Source: Bdellovibrionales bacterium
Lineage (GTDB): Bacteria; Bdellovibrionota; Bdellovibrionia; Bdellovibrionales; UBA1609
NCBI GenBank assembly: GCA_965199825.1
Contig: OZ241329.1
Location: 992,001-1,056,000, forward strand
DNA: 64,000 nt
Direction of reading: 5' to 3'
In this document: positions 1 through 9,422 of the stretch, piece after piece
Numbering within the stretch: position 1 is the stretch's first letter
Layout: each line of letters starts with the position of its first letter
Made by a program: the position numbers and the translations under genes
The notes under the pieces: model-generated
Seen by the model: the letters and a program-made list of their open reading frames with translations, nothing else
Told to the model about the DNA's origin: nothing
Databases searched by the model: none

Positions 1-15
1 ACAGATGAGGAATCT

Positions 16-693
16 ATGTTCGTTCTGACGCCACTGTTTAAAACTACGATTGGTCGAAAATATCTTGTTGGGATCTCGGGCCTGGCGTTGTGCGGATTTG
101 TGTTAGTTCACATGCTCGGCAATTTGCTGCTCTTTGTAGGACCAGAAGCTTACAACCATTACGGTCACACTCTCACTTCAAATCCTTTGTTGATTGTTGC
201 AGAGTTGGGCTTAGTTTTGTTTTTTGTTTTGCACGCAGGGGTTGCGCTTGTTTTACAAGCTTACAACTGGGCGGCTCGACCAAAGCATTACATGAAGGTG
301 GCAAAGGGGGTAAAGCGCACGACTCTGATCCAGCGAACTCTTTGGGCACAAGGCATTGTGATTTTTATTTTCACAATCCTTCATTTGGTCACATTCAAAT
401 ATGGCAAGTATTACGAAGCCGTTTATAATGGCACAACGATGCGTGATCTTTATCGACTTGTGATGGAAGTGTTTCAAAGCCCGTATTACACTCTTTGGTA
501 TGTGTTTGCGGTCAGCCTTTTGTTGTTTCATCTCACACATGGCTTGGCTTCGTCGCTTCAAACTTTGGGATTTAATCATCCTCGTTATGGAAATTTGATT
601 AAGCGAACAAGTTGGGCCTACGGCATTCTTGTGGGCGTTGGATTTATCTGTCAGCCGCTTTATGTATTCCTCTTTCATCAGGGACAAGTATGA
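16..693 (+). CDS. sdhC: Succinate dehydrogenase/fumarate reductase cytochrome b subunit (single membrane anchor)
   Basis: About 5 TM helices with heme-ligand His motifs ([21 protein letters not shown]); stop overlaps the sdhA start (ATGA). Confidence 0.9.
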   Translation: MFVLTPLFKTTIGRKYLVGISGLALCGFVLVHMLGNLLLFVGPEAYNHYGHTLTSNPLLIVAELGLVLFFVLHAGVALVLQAYNWAARPKHYMKVAKGVKRTTLIQRTLWAQGIVIFIFTILHLVTFKYGKYYEAVYNGTTMRDLYRLVMEVFQSPYYTLWYVFAVSLLLFHLTHGLASSLQTLGFNHPRYGNLIKRTSWAYGILVGVGFICQPLYVFLFHQGQV

Positions 694-2618
694 GTCGTTT
701 AGATGCAAAAGTACCTCCGGGCCCAATCGAACAAAAATGGGAAGAACACAAATTTCATTTAAAACTGGTGAACCCAGCTAACAAACGCCGACACACCGTT
801 TTGGTTGTGGGCACGGGTTTGGCGGGGGCCTCGGCCGCAGCAAGTTTGGCTGAGCTTGGTTACAAGGTGATTACTTTTTGTATTCACGATTCGCCGCGAA
901 GAGCCCATTCGATTGCGGCACAAGGTGGAATCAATGCGGCCAAAAATTATCCCAACGACGGCGACTCGGTTCACCGTTTATTTTATGACACGATCAAGGG
1001 TGGAGATTTTCGCGCGCGTGAGGCAAACGTATTTCGTTTAGCCCAAATTTCAAATCACATTATCGATCAGTGTGTGGCTCAAGGTGTTCCTTTTGCCAGA
1101 GAGTATGGCGGCTTGTTAGACAATCGCTCCTTTGGTGGAGCGCAAGTTTCGCGGACTTTTTATGCTCGCGGACAAACGGGTCAACAACTTTTGTTGGGTG
1201 CCTATTCTGCAATGATGCGGCAAGTGGCACTGGGACACATCACACTTTTACCTCGTCGTGAAATGCTCGACGTGGTGTTGGTCAATGGTGCGGTTCGTGG
1301 TGTGACTATGCGAAACGTCAACTCGGGCAAGATTGAGCAGTATGCCGGCGACGCAGTTTTGCTTTGCACCGGTGGTTATGGAAACGTTTATTATCTTTCG
1401 ACCAATGCCAAAAAATCGAATGTCACAGCGGCTTGGCGGGCGCATAAGCGTGGGGCTGATTTTGCCAATCCCTGCTTTACCCAAATTCATCCCACGTGCA
1501 TTCCTGTTTCAGGCGATTACCAATCCAAACTGACTTTGATGTCCGAATCTTTGCGAAACGATGGTCGGGTTTGGGTGCCCAAAAAAGAACACGACGAGCG
1601 CCCTCCGGGTGAGATTCCTGATCAAGAGCGCGATTATTATTTGGAACGTGTTTACCCAAGTTATGGAAATTTAGCTCCGCGGGATGTGGCCTCACGTCAG
1701 GCCAAATTTCGTGTGGATGAAAAACGCGGTGTGGGTAAAACCGGTCAAGCGGTCTATCTTGATTTTCGCGATTCGATTAATCGCTTAGGAAAAAACGCAA
1801 TCGAAACCAAGTACGGCAATCTTTTTGAGATGTATCAAAAGATCACCGATGAAAATCCCTATGAGCGACCCATGCGCATTTTTCCAGCGGTGCATTACAC
1901 AATGGGTGGACTCTGGGTCGACTACAATTTGATGAGCACTATCCCAGGTCTTCATGTGTTGGGTGAAGCCAATTTTTCGGATCACGGTGCCAATCGCTTA
2001 GGAGCATCGGCCTTAATGCAAGGTTTGGCTGATGGGTATTTTGTGATTCCATCGACACTCGGAAATTATTTGGCTTCAAATCAGTTCGAAAAAATCGATA
2101 CAACTCATGATGCCTTTAAAGAAAGTCTAAACTCAGTGACGAGCCGTCTTGATCGCATTTTATCGATCAAAGGTTCTGTGACGGTGGATGAGATTCATCG
2201 TAAGCTTGGGCACATCATGTGGGACAAAGTGGGAATGTCGCGCAATGCGAGTGGCCTTCAAAATGCTCAAGACGAAATCGCCAAATTGCGCGATGAGTTT
2301 TGGAACAATGTTCGTGTTCCCGGTGAAGCCAACTATCGTAACGACGAACTCGAAAAAGCTGGGCGCGTCGCCGACTTTTTAGAACTTGGCGAATTGATGG
2401 CGAAAGATGCCCTTGATCGCAATGAATCTTGCGGCGGGCATTTTCGCGAAGAGTATCAAACTCCCGATAACGAAGCCCTTCGAGACGATAAAGATTTTTG
2501 TCATGTCACTGCTTGGCAGTACAAGGGTGCGACCGATGGCGGTAAACAAGTTTGGGATAAAGAAGTCGAGCCTCTACAATTTGAAAATATTCAGCTCGCG
2601 ACACGAAGTTATAAATAA
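690..2618 (+). CDS. sdhA: Succinate dehydrogenase/fumarate reductase flavoprotein subunit
   Basis: VVGTGLAG Rossmann motif, [10 protein letters not shown] covalent-FAD motif, QIHPT, HYTMGG, HGANRLG; start taken at ATG 690. Confidence 0.95.
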   Translation: MSRLDAKVPPGPIEQKWEEHKFHLKLVNPANKRRHTVLVVGTGLAGASAAASLAELGYKVITFCIHDSPRRAHSIAAQGGINAAKNYPNDGDSVHRLFYDTIKGGDFRAREANVFRLAQISNHIIDQCVAQGVPFAREYGGLLDNRSFGGAQVSRTFYARGQTGQQLLLGAYSAMMRQVALGHITLLPRREMLDVVLVNGAVRGVTMRNVNSGKIEQYAGDAVLLCTGGYGNVYYLSTNAKKSNVTAAWRAHKRGADFANPCFTQIHPTCIPVSGDYQSKLTLMSESLRNDGRVWVPKKEHDERPPGEIPDQERDYYLERVYPSYGNLAPRDVASRQAKFRVDEKRGVGKTGQAVYLDFRDSINRLGKNAIETKYGNLFEMYQKITDENPYERPMRIFPAVHYTMGGLWVDYNLMSTIPGLHVLGEANFSDHGANRLGASALMQGLADGYFVIPSTLGNYLASNQFEKIDTTHDAFKESLNSVTSRLDRILSIKGSVTVDEIHRKLGHIMWDKVGMSRNASGLQNAQDEIAKLRDEFWNNVRVPGEANYRNDELEKAGRVADFLELGELMAKDALDRNESCGGHFREEYQTPDNEALRDDKDFCHVTAWQYKGATDGGKQVWDKEVEPLQFENIQLATRSYK

Positions 2619-2630
2619 GAAAGGTCCCAT

Positions 2631-3386
2631 ATGAATCTCATGTTAAAAATTTGGCGACAAAAAAATCCTCAAGATGCGGGTCGGTTTGTTGAGTATGAGG
2701 CCAAGAATGTGACCGGCGACATGTCGTTTTTAGAAATGTTAGATGTGGTCAACACAGGGTTAATCAAAAAAGGTGAAGAGCCCATCACATTTGATCACGA
2801 TTGCCGCGAAGGAATTTGTGGCTCTTGCTCACTCGTCATCGATGGAAATCCGCATGGGCCTGATCGCGGGACAGCGACCTGCCAACTCCATATGCGCCAT
2901 TTTGAAGATGGTGCAGAAATTGTGGTGGAACCTTTTCGTGCGAAAGCATTTCCGGTTATTAAAGATTTATCGGTAGACCGTTCAGCCTTTGACCGCATTG
3001 TCGAAGCTGGGGGTTATATTTCGGTAAATACCGGCAATGCACCTGAAGCCAATTCGATTTCGGTAGAAAAAGATTCTTCGGACCGCGCATTTAGTTATGC
3101 CACTTGTATCGGATGTGGAGCTTGTGTGGCGGCATGCAAAAATGCGTCGGCAAGTCTTTTTACTTCGGCCAAGATTGCTCATTTGAGGCTTTTACCTCAG
3201 GGCCAGGTCGAAAAGAAAACTCGTGTGCTTAATATGGTGGCACAAATGGATAAAGAGGGTTTTGGGGCCTGTACTAATACGGGTGCTTGTTCTGCTGCAT
3301 GCCCGGTGGAGATTAGCTTAGAGGGAATTGCCCAAATGAATCGGGATTATTTCGCTGCGGCTCTCACCAAACGGGGAGATTCCTAA
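2631..3386 (+). CDS. sdhB: Succinate dehydrogenase/fumarate reductase iron-sulfur subunit
   Basis: CREGICGSC (2Fe-2S), [11 protein letters not shown] (4Fe-4S) and [12 protein letters not shown] motifs. Confidence 0.95.
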   Translation: MNLMLKIWRQKNPQDAGRFVEYEAKNVTGDMSFLEMLDVVNTGLIKKGEEPITFDHDCREGICGSCSLVIDGNPHGPDRGTATCQLHMRHFEDGAEIVVEPFRAKAFPVIKDLSVDRSAFDRIVEAGGYISVNTGNAPEANSISVEKDSSDRAFSYATCIGCGACVAACKNASASLFTSAKIAHLRLLPQGQVEKKTRVLNMVAQMDKEGFGACTNTGACSAACPVEISLEGIAQMNRDYFAAALTKRGDS

Positions 3387-3410
3387 ATCTAGTGTTTACG
3401 CTCCGAAACA

Positions 3411-3430
3411 AACCGCCTATTTAGGCGGTT
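3411..3430. terminator. Hairpin between convergent sdhB and hydrolase genes, possible terminator
   Basis: aaccgccta-tt-taggcggtt perfect inverted repeat; no strong U-tract. Confidence 0.5.
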
Positions 3431-3437
3431 ATGAACA

Positions 3438-4322
3438 TTAATCCACAAAGTTATCCACATCTTTTAGAAATTGGTCGATCCGCAAATTGACAAGCTCCGG
3501 CATATCCAGCTGGGTGCAGTGCGATCCATAAGGCACGAGCAGCCATTCGCTGTTGGGAATGGCTTCGTGCATCTTCTTTTGAATATCACTGGGAGTGACC
3601 GAATCCTTTTTTCCCGCAATTACCAGCGTGGGGATTTTTATGGTTTCAAGCACGTGGCTGCCATCAAAGGTCATCATGTATTCAAACATCCTCAGAAATG
3701 CGCCCAAATTCATATTGGCCACACCTCGTGCATAGATTTCGATATCTTTAAGCGATGTCAGCTTGAGATTAAAACCTCCAGCAAGGGCCGAAAGGTGAAC
3801 AGACAATGGACTTTGCACCGCGACCCGCCAAAAAGTAGAGATGGTCTCGGGCATCATTTCAAAACCATCTTTGAGATATTTAAAGATTTTGCTCGCCATA
3901 TCATTACCAAACATTTTGGCTAAGGGATTTTTGACAAAACCATTTATAAAACTGAGGCTTCGCACTCGGTTTGGGTAAAGCTCGTAAAACCGAATCAAGA
4001 GTTGAACCCCAAAACTATGCCCCACAAAATCAGCCTTTTCGATTTTGAGATGGATCAGCAATTGCTCAATATCTTTCGCACAATCATCTAAAGACATATG
4101 ATTTAGATTCTTAGGCAGATCCGAACGATGATGGGCGCGGTAATCAAAAACAATCACTCGCCGCTTTTTTGAAAAGTGATTGATTTGATGGATCCAATGA
4201 TTGATCACACAACCAATACCATAAACTAAAATGATTGGATCGCCTTCGCCCCGATCCTCAAAATAAATTTTTGTTTGATCAAAACTTTTAAATGTTCCGG
4301 TTCGTTTGCTGATTGCTTTCAT
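3438..4322 (-). CDS. Alpha/beta hydrolase
   Basis: GHSFG nucleophile elbow, IAGKKDSVTP acid motif, GSHCT His motif. Confidence 0.85.
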   Translation of the reverse strand: MKAISKRTGTFKSFDQTKIYFEDRGEGDPIILVYGIGCVINHWIHQINHFSKKRRVIVFDYRAHHRSDLPKNLNHMSLDDCAKDIEQLLIHLKIEKADFVGHSFGVQLLIRFYELYPNRVRSLSFINGFVKNPLAKMFGNDMASKIFKYLKDGFEMMPETISTFWRVAVQSPLSVHLSALAGGFNLKLTSLKDIEIYARGVANMNLGAFLRMFEYMMTFDGSHVLETIKIPTLVIAGKKDSVTPSDIQKKMHEAIPNSEWLLVPYGSHCTQLDMPELVNLRIDQFLKDVDNFVD

Positions 4323-5029
4323 ATAAAATCCACTTCGATAACAGAATCGACCACGGAGATAAGATCTTTGGGCTTTAAAAGATGTGTTGCTGCCGAGAAG
4401 CCATTCACCTTGACCAAGTCCGAGTGTGAGGTTTTGAGCGTAGCCCCGCGAGGTGTGGGTAAAATCTCAAAACACAGTGCGGGCGCGGTCGGCTCGTACA
4501 ACTGCAAATCGAGCGACTGACTTCCACAATGTCGAGGGCCATAGCCCAATAAAAACGACTGACTAATTTGAAGACCACGCAAAAATGTAAGCTTTAACTG
4601 CGGATCAAAAAGCGCAAGCGACCGAATGTTATTTTTGGCTTCGAGCACAATCAACCCTTCTAAGGTCTCTTCGAGTGGGGTTTTCACTGGTTGCTGAAAA
4701 AGGGGCAAAACCGCAGCGGTGCCAGATCCTGTGACTTTTGTTTGATCATTAGAAATCACCAAAAATTCAAAGCTGCCGATCTGAAAAATTTGATCTTCAC
4801 GAATCAACACCTCAGGAACGCGTCGCCCGTCGAGGCGTAGCCCGTTTTTTGAGCCTTGATCGATGACGACAAGATCGCCATCGCGATCTTCAATGCGCGC
4901 ATGAAGATTTGAGACCCTCACATCATCAAGGATGATATCAGCACCGGCGCGACCGATTTTCATACCTGGAGCAATATCAAAGCGTTGCCCCTGCTGAGGG
5001 CCAGTTTGTGCGACTATAAAAAACTTCAT
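4319..5029 (-). CDS. FHA domain protein (N-terminal FHA plus a degenerate second FHA-like domain)
   Basis: KIGR, VSNLHA and DQGSKNG FHA motifs; stop overlaps the hydrolase start. Confidence 0.8.
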   Translation of the reverse strand: MKFFIVAQTGPQQGQRFDIAPGMKIGRAGADIILDDVRVSNLHARIEDRDGDLVVIDQGSKNGLRLDGRRVPEVLIREDQIFQIGSFEFLVISNDQTKVTGSGTAAVLPLFQQPVKTPLEETLEGLIVLEAKNNIRSLALFDPQLKLTFLRGLQISQSFLLGYGPRHCGSQSLDLQLYEPTAPALCFEILPTPRGATLKTSHSDLVKVNGFSAATHLLKPKDLISVVDSVIEVDFI

Positions 5030-5098
5030 AGAGGTTTCCAGTATATCGATCGATAAGCGTCTTGTCGCTGGACCTGCAACGTGTTAAGCCATTTCCCA

Positions 5099-5143
5099 AC
5101 CTTGCTCCCATTATTGAAATGTGGGGCTCTATCCGGAAGGAGT
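5099..5143 (+). promoter_or_regulatory. Putative S6:S18 ribosomal protein leader (autoregulatory RNA)
   Basis: ccttgc, then a gctccca..tggggc hairpin, then ccg directly before the aaggag SD; cctt can pair with aagg. Confidence 0.55.
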
Positions 5144-5146
5144 TTC

Positions 5147-5674
5147 ATGAAAGAATCCACTGCGCATCTGCGCAAGTACGAAGCCATTGTTATTTTGCAT
5201 CCCGACTGCACCGAAGATGAGCAAAAAATTTTCTTCCGCAAAAATCGCGACATTATCAAATCCTTCAAAGGCGAGATCAATCATCTCGACACTTGGGGTA
5301 AACGCCGACTTGCGAACCCCATTCACAAGGTCAATCGGGGCCACTTTTTTCACGCCACGTTTGAAGCTGAAGGCGAAGCGATTGCCGAAATCGAACGCAC
5401 AATGCGCATCAATGATCGTGTTCTACGATTTACTCACACCCGTCTTGATGACCGTGTGAATCTGACCAAGTATGTTGAGTCTTTCAAAAATGCTTTAACT
5501 GAAGGCATTCAGCGCGAAAAAGAGCGCGAGACAAAAATGCAGGCGCGTAAGCAAGCCGCGATGGCTGCTCGTCGTGAGCGCACCGAACGTCATGACCGCG
5601 GTGGACCCGGCGGCGGCGGCGGCGGCGGAAGATTCGACCGTTTTGACGGCGATGACGACGATCAAGAGGTATAA
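5147..5674 (+). CDS. rpsF: 30S ribosomal protein S6 with a long C-terminal extension
   Basis: RKYEAIVILHP, WGKRRLANPI and INDRVLRF motifs; aaggag SD before ATG 5147. Confidence 0.93.
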   Translation: MKESTAHLRKYEAIVILHPDCTEDEQKIFFRKNRDIIKSFKGEINHLDTWGKRRLANPIHKVNRGHFFHATFEAEGEAIAEIERTMRINDRVLRFTHTRLDDRVNLTKYVESFKNALTEGIQREKERETKMQARKQAAMAARRERTERHDRGGPGGGGGGGRFDRFDGDDDDQEV

Positions 5675-5677
5675 AAG

Positions 5678-6571
5678 TTGACTCAAATGAATGGCAAATG
5701 GTGGTTTAAAGCGAGCGTTCTCACTTTTTGGGCGCTTACATTGACCGCATTGACAGGCTTCTTGGCAGCAGCTCCGCTCAAGGTTTTAAAAACCTGTATG
5801 GGACGTCGGCTCTATTGGTCGATCGGATTTTTGCTTCCGCTGATGATGTATTTTTCGTCAATGAAGGCCTTTGCCGGTTTGTATTTGTTGATGGTTGTGC
5901 TGGTTGGTGTTTTTGCCGATTTCGAAGAGCGCGGTCATAATATTTATTTTTCAAGTGCCTGCTCAGTGATCTTGACCACGCTGCTCGGCCTTGGAGGATT
6001 CGCATTTTGGGCGGGTCAGCAAGGTCGAAATTGGGCAAGCATTTTAAAAACTCAGACCGAAGTTTTGCTCGTTCCAGTCAAACAGGCTTTTGGTTTTGAG
6101 ATTGATGTCAATTCGGTGCTGGCCCAAATCCCCTCGGGCTTTGTGATCATGCTGATACTGGCGCTTGTGGTTGCAGCAGTTTCTGAAAAACGACTGGCCG
6201 GCTTTTTTAATCTCGAACATTCGCCCCCTCATCAAATGGTCAATTTTAGACTGCCATCGATTTGTGTTTGGGCCTTTATCGCCGCTTTGTTTTTTAGCTT
6301 TGCCAAATCTCAGCTGATCCCAACCGCGGTTCAAATGGGTGCAATCAATCTCTTAAATATTTTGGTTGTTCTGTTTTTTTTCCAAGGGCTTGCCGTCTCG
6401 TCGAAAGCGTTCTCGATGCTCCGCCTCAACAGTTTTTGGCAAGTGGTGTTTTTTGCTCTTGCGATCTTTCAACTGTTTTTGTTTGTGAGTATTTTGGGAC
6501 TTGTAGACTACTGGGCAGATTTTCGTGCGCGAATGTTGGCAAAAACATTTAATAAAAAAGAAAAAATTTAA
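5678..6571 (+). CDS. DUF2232/YybS-family membrane protein
   Basis: Multi-TM protein with FFQGLAV and LGLVDYWADFR motifs, in the usual position upstream of rplI; start may be ATG 5687. Confidence 0.8.
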   Translation: MTQMNGKWWFKASVLTFWALTLTALTGFLAAAPLKVLKTCMGRRLYWSIGFLLPLMMYFSSMKAFAGLYLLMVVLVGVFADFEERGHNIYFSSACSVILTTLLGLGGFAFWAGQQGRNWASILKTQTEVLLVPVKQAFGFEIDVNSVLAQIPSGFVIMLILALVVAAVSEKRLAGFFNLEHSPPHQMVNFRLPSICVWAFIAALFFSFAKSQLIPTAVQMGAINLLNILVVLFFFQGLAVSSKAFSMLRLNSFWQVVFFALAIFQLFLFVSILGLVDYWADFRARMLAKTFNKKEKI

Positions 6572-6586
6572 ACTTGTGAGGATGAA

Positions 6587-7030
6587 ATGAAAGTTATTTT
6601 ACAAAAAGACGTCAAGGATCTGGGCAAAGTTGGAGATCTTGTGAATGTTGCCAATGGATTTGCCCGAAACTTTTTATTTCCGCGTCGTCTTGCCGTAGAA
6701 GCCACAGAAAAAAGAATGGGCGAGTACGAACATCTTAAACGCATTGCCGATGTAAAACGTAAAAAAGCAGTCACCGAACGCAAAGGTGTAATCGAAAAAT
6801 TAAAAGGGATTAGCTTAATCTTTAAAAAAGATGCGGGCGAGACCGAAAAACTTTTTGGGACTGTAACGACCGCCGACATTTCAAAAGAATTCGAAAAACA
6901 AGGCTACAATATTGATCGCCGAGATATTCACCTCGAAGATCATATTCGAATCTTGGGTCAACACAAAGCGACCGTCAAATTAGGCGATGGGCTCGAGACC
7001 GAAGTGACGGTTATTGTTGAGCGACCATAA
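6587..7030 (+). CDS. rplI: 50S ribosomal protein L9
   Basis: [32 protein letters not shown] and KLFGTVT motifs. Confidence 0.97.
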   Translation: MKVILQKDVKDLGKVGDLVNVANGFARNFLFPRRLAVEATEKRMGEYEHLKRIADVKRKKAVTERKGVIEKLKGISLIFKKDAGETEKLFGTVTTADISKEFEKQGYNIDRRDIHLEDHIRILGQHKATVKLGDGLETEVTVIVERP

Positions 7031-7225
7031 TCAGTTTGTGTATTTAGCTTCCATCAAAACATCTTGAAGATATTCGGCAAGGATCGTGCGAAGTTCTGCG
7101 AGCGTCAGCTCCGGAAGTGCGCGACCTTGGCGTTCAGCAAGCCGTTCCAGCTCACTCAGTAAAGCTTCTTTAGGAAGACCTGTCGCAACTATTAGGGTGT
7201 CTATTAATCCATTTCCTGTGGTCAT
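7031..7225 (-). CDS. Small hypothetical helical protein
   Basis: 64-aa ORF downstream of dnaB with protein-like sequence (ATGLP, LTLAELRTILAEYLQDVL). Confidence 0.6.
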   Translation of the reverse strand: MTTGNGLIDTLIVATGLPKEALLSELERLAERQGRALPELTLAELRTILAEYLQDVLMEAKYTN

Positions 7226-7282
7226 AAAATCATTTGACCAACGGATTTGATCAAATCTCAAGGCCCGAAAATGAACTCTAGT

Positions 7283-8695
7283 CTAAGAGCCAGGTGCAAA
7301 GTTTTTTGGCCGATTGCCATTGTTCCCTGCTCGCGATTGTGGCGGCGGAATACTCGGCATTGGTGCAGCCGGACCAACGATTAAGTTTTCAAATAGACCG
7401 TACTCAGGCACCCATCGCAATCGCACGGTGTCGGTAGGTCCATTTCTCTGTTTGCCCACAATAACTTCGGCAAGACCTTTGATCTCGGGATTGTCTCGAT
7501 CATAATAATCTTCGCGAAAAAGCATCATGATCACATCGGCATCTTGTTCGATCGATCCCGATTCACGAAGATCAGAAAGCATGGGTCGTCGATCCGATCG
7601 GCCCTCAACTCCGCGGTTGAGCTGTGCAAGTGCAATCACAGGAACTTGCAATTCCTTTGCTATACTTTTTAACAGTTTTGAAATTTCAGAGACCTCGCGC
7701 TCACGGCTTTCGACCCTTTGTTTCAAAGACATCAACTGAAGGTAATCGACAATAATTAAATCAAGACCCACGCGCGATTTCATTCGGCGGGTTTTTGCGC
7801 GGATATCAAATGGCGAAATGCCAGAGCTATCGTCGATAAATAAATCGGTTTCGCTTAATGAAGCCGCCATGTTGATCAGTTTTGGCCAAGCTTGATCATC
7901 AATTTGGCCAAGGCGCAAATCAGACATTCGCACTTTAGCTGCACTTGATAACATCCTGATCATCACCTGCTCTTTACCCATCTCCACAGAAAAGTAGGCC
8001 ACCTTTTTTTTCTCTCTTAAAGCGGCGTGAAGGGCGATGTTCAGACTGAATGCGGTTTTACCCATCGACGGCCGAGCCGCAATGATGATCAATTCACCGG
8101 GTTGAAATCCGGCGGTGACTTCGTCGAGCTCATTAAATCCGCTCGGCACACCGGTCACCGTTAATTTTTGGGCGTAGAGGGCTTCAAGCTTTTCGAGTGA
8201 GCCCTTGACCAAATCACTGGCCCCGATAAGACCTTGGGTGGTTTTTTTTTGTGCGACCTGAAAAATTTCGGCTTCGACAAAATCGAAAAAGCCTTCGATG
8301 TCTTCAAAGGCGCTGTCATAACTTTTATCTATAAAACCTTGGCTAATTTGAATCAGTTTTCTTAAGAGCGATTTTTCTTGGACGATTTTTGCGTAGGTGA
8401 CGATGTTTGCGGTGGATGGGGTTTGATCCATCATCTCGGCAAGTGCGGTGGCGCCACCGATTTCGTCGAGCTCGTTTCGCGCCATCAAAAAATTTGAGAT
8501 CGTAATTAGATCGGTGGGCTGATTGCGTTTTTGCAATTCACGAATGCACGCGAAAATAATTCGATGTGACGGCTTATAAAAATCCTCTTCGGTGATGATG
8601 TCGGCAACTTCATCCCACGCTTGTTGCTCAAGCATAAGACCGCCAACCACAGACTTTTCAGCCTCGATATTTTGGGGGGGGACTCGAAAGTCCAT
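7283..8695 (-). CDS. dnaB: Replicative DNA helicase
   Basis: PPQNIEAE, AARPSMGKT, IIVDYLQL, DLRESGSIEQDAD and KQRNGPT; no intein. Confidence 0.97.
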   Translation of the reverse strand: MDFRVPPQNIEAEKSVVGGLMLEQQAWDEVADIITEEDFYKPSHRIIFACIRELQKRNQPTDLITISNFLMARNELDEIGGATALAEMMDQTPSTANIVTYAKIVQEKSLLRKLIQISQGFIDKSYDSAFEDIEGFFDFVEAEIFQVAQKKTTQGLIGASDLVKGSLEKLEALYAQKLTVTGVPSGFNELDEVTAGFQPGELIIIAARPSMGKTAFSLNIALHAALREKKKVAYFSVEMGKEQVMIRMLSSAAKVRMSDLRLGQIDDQAWPKLINMAASLSETDLFIDDSSGISPFDIRAKTRRMKSRVGLDLIIVDYLQLMSLKQRVESREREVSEISKLLKSIAKELQVPVIALAQLNRGVEGRSDRRPMLSDLRESGSIEQDADVIMMLFREDYYDRDNPEIKGLAEVIVGKQRNGPTDTVRLRWVPEYGLFENLIVGPAAPMPSIPPPQSRAGNNGNRPKNFAPGS

Positions 8696-8715
8696 AGAAC
8701 TCCTAAAACGAAACT

Positions 8716-9000
8716 TTAAGTTCTAATTCTGATCTTATAACTATCAATCTTTTTTTTAAGGGTATTGCGATTGATACCTAGAAGCTTTGCGGTTTTGACT
8801 TGGTTGCCACGGTGTTGGCGAAGGGCAAGTTCGATTAACGGTTTTTCGACCTGCTCAAGTATTAAGCGATGCAATCCGTCGAGTTCCACCTGAGCTTCAT
8901 TTTGTTGTTGAAATAAAACTTCTAATTTGCTCTTGACCAGGTTTTCAAGGCTGACCGTTTGAAGATTCGTAACAAGCAAATTGTCTGGACTCATAACCAT
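8716..9000 (-). CDS. fis: Fis-like nucleoid protein/transcription regulator
   Basis: VEKPLIELAL..GNQVKTAKLLGINRNTLKKKI Fis-type HTH; about 94 aa; start overlaps the upstream stop (TAATG). Confidence 0.8.
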   Translation of the reverse strand: MVMSPDNLLVTNLQTVSLENLVKSKLEVLFQQQNEAQVELDGLHRLILEQVEKPLIELALRQHRGNQVKTAKLLGINRNTLKKKIDSYKIRIRT

Positions 9001-9358
9001 TAAACACCCCTTAACTCTGGGGACCAAATATACTTATGAAGTTGCAATTGCAACCGCGCAAACGAGCCTGATTCAAGAATTTTGCTGGCGAGCCAGTTTT
9101 CGCGGACCACCTTGAAAAGAGGGCGAATAGAGAATCGGAAATTGCCGCAAAGCCGGATGGGTGGCCAAAAACGGCGCAGCCCAATAAAAATCATCTTCTG
9201 AGCAGATGAAGAACTTGTACTCCACATTCTGTTTAATTTTTCAACTGAGGTCGCCACTGGTTTCGAGCGAGACCCTGTATCCTAGATCACACAGTTGGGA
9301 GACCGGCATAGGTTGATTCACCCTGGATACTGAAAGATATTTCGTTAATCTTCAGCAT
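9000..9358 (-). pseudogene. queE: 7-carboxy-7-deazaguanine synthase pseudogene (internal deletions, stops, frameshifts)
   Basis: Manual translation in shifting frames: MLKINEISFSIQGESTYAGLPTV* / CDLGYRVSLETSGDLS* / VEYKFFICSEDDFYWA..ILYSPSF / RLQLQLHKYIWSPELRGV*; the radical-SAM Cys motif is missing. Confidence 0.85.
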
Positions 9359-9422
9359 GTTGGTCTTGTACTGAATCAAATCCAGACTATCAAAGCCTTT
9401 GTCCGTCTTCTAAAATTGAACA

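Noticed and set aside
5608..5628. (ggc)n run in rpsF as a contingency repeat
   Set aside because: It is an in-frame trinucleotide run encoding poly-Gly and cannot switch phase
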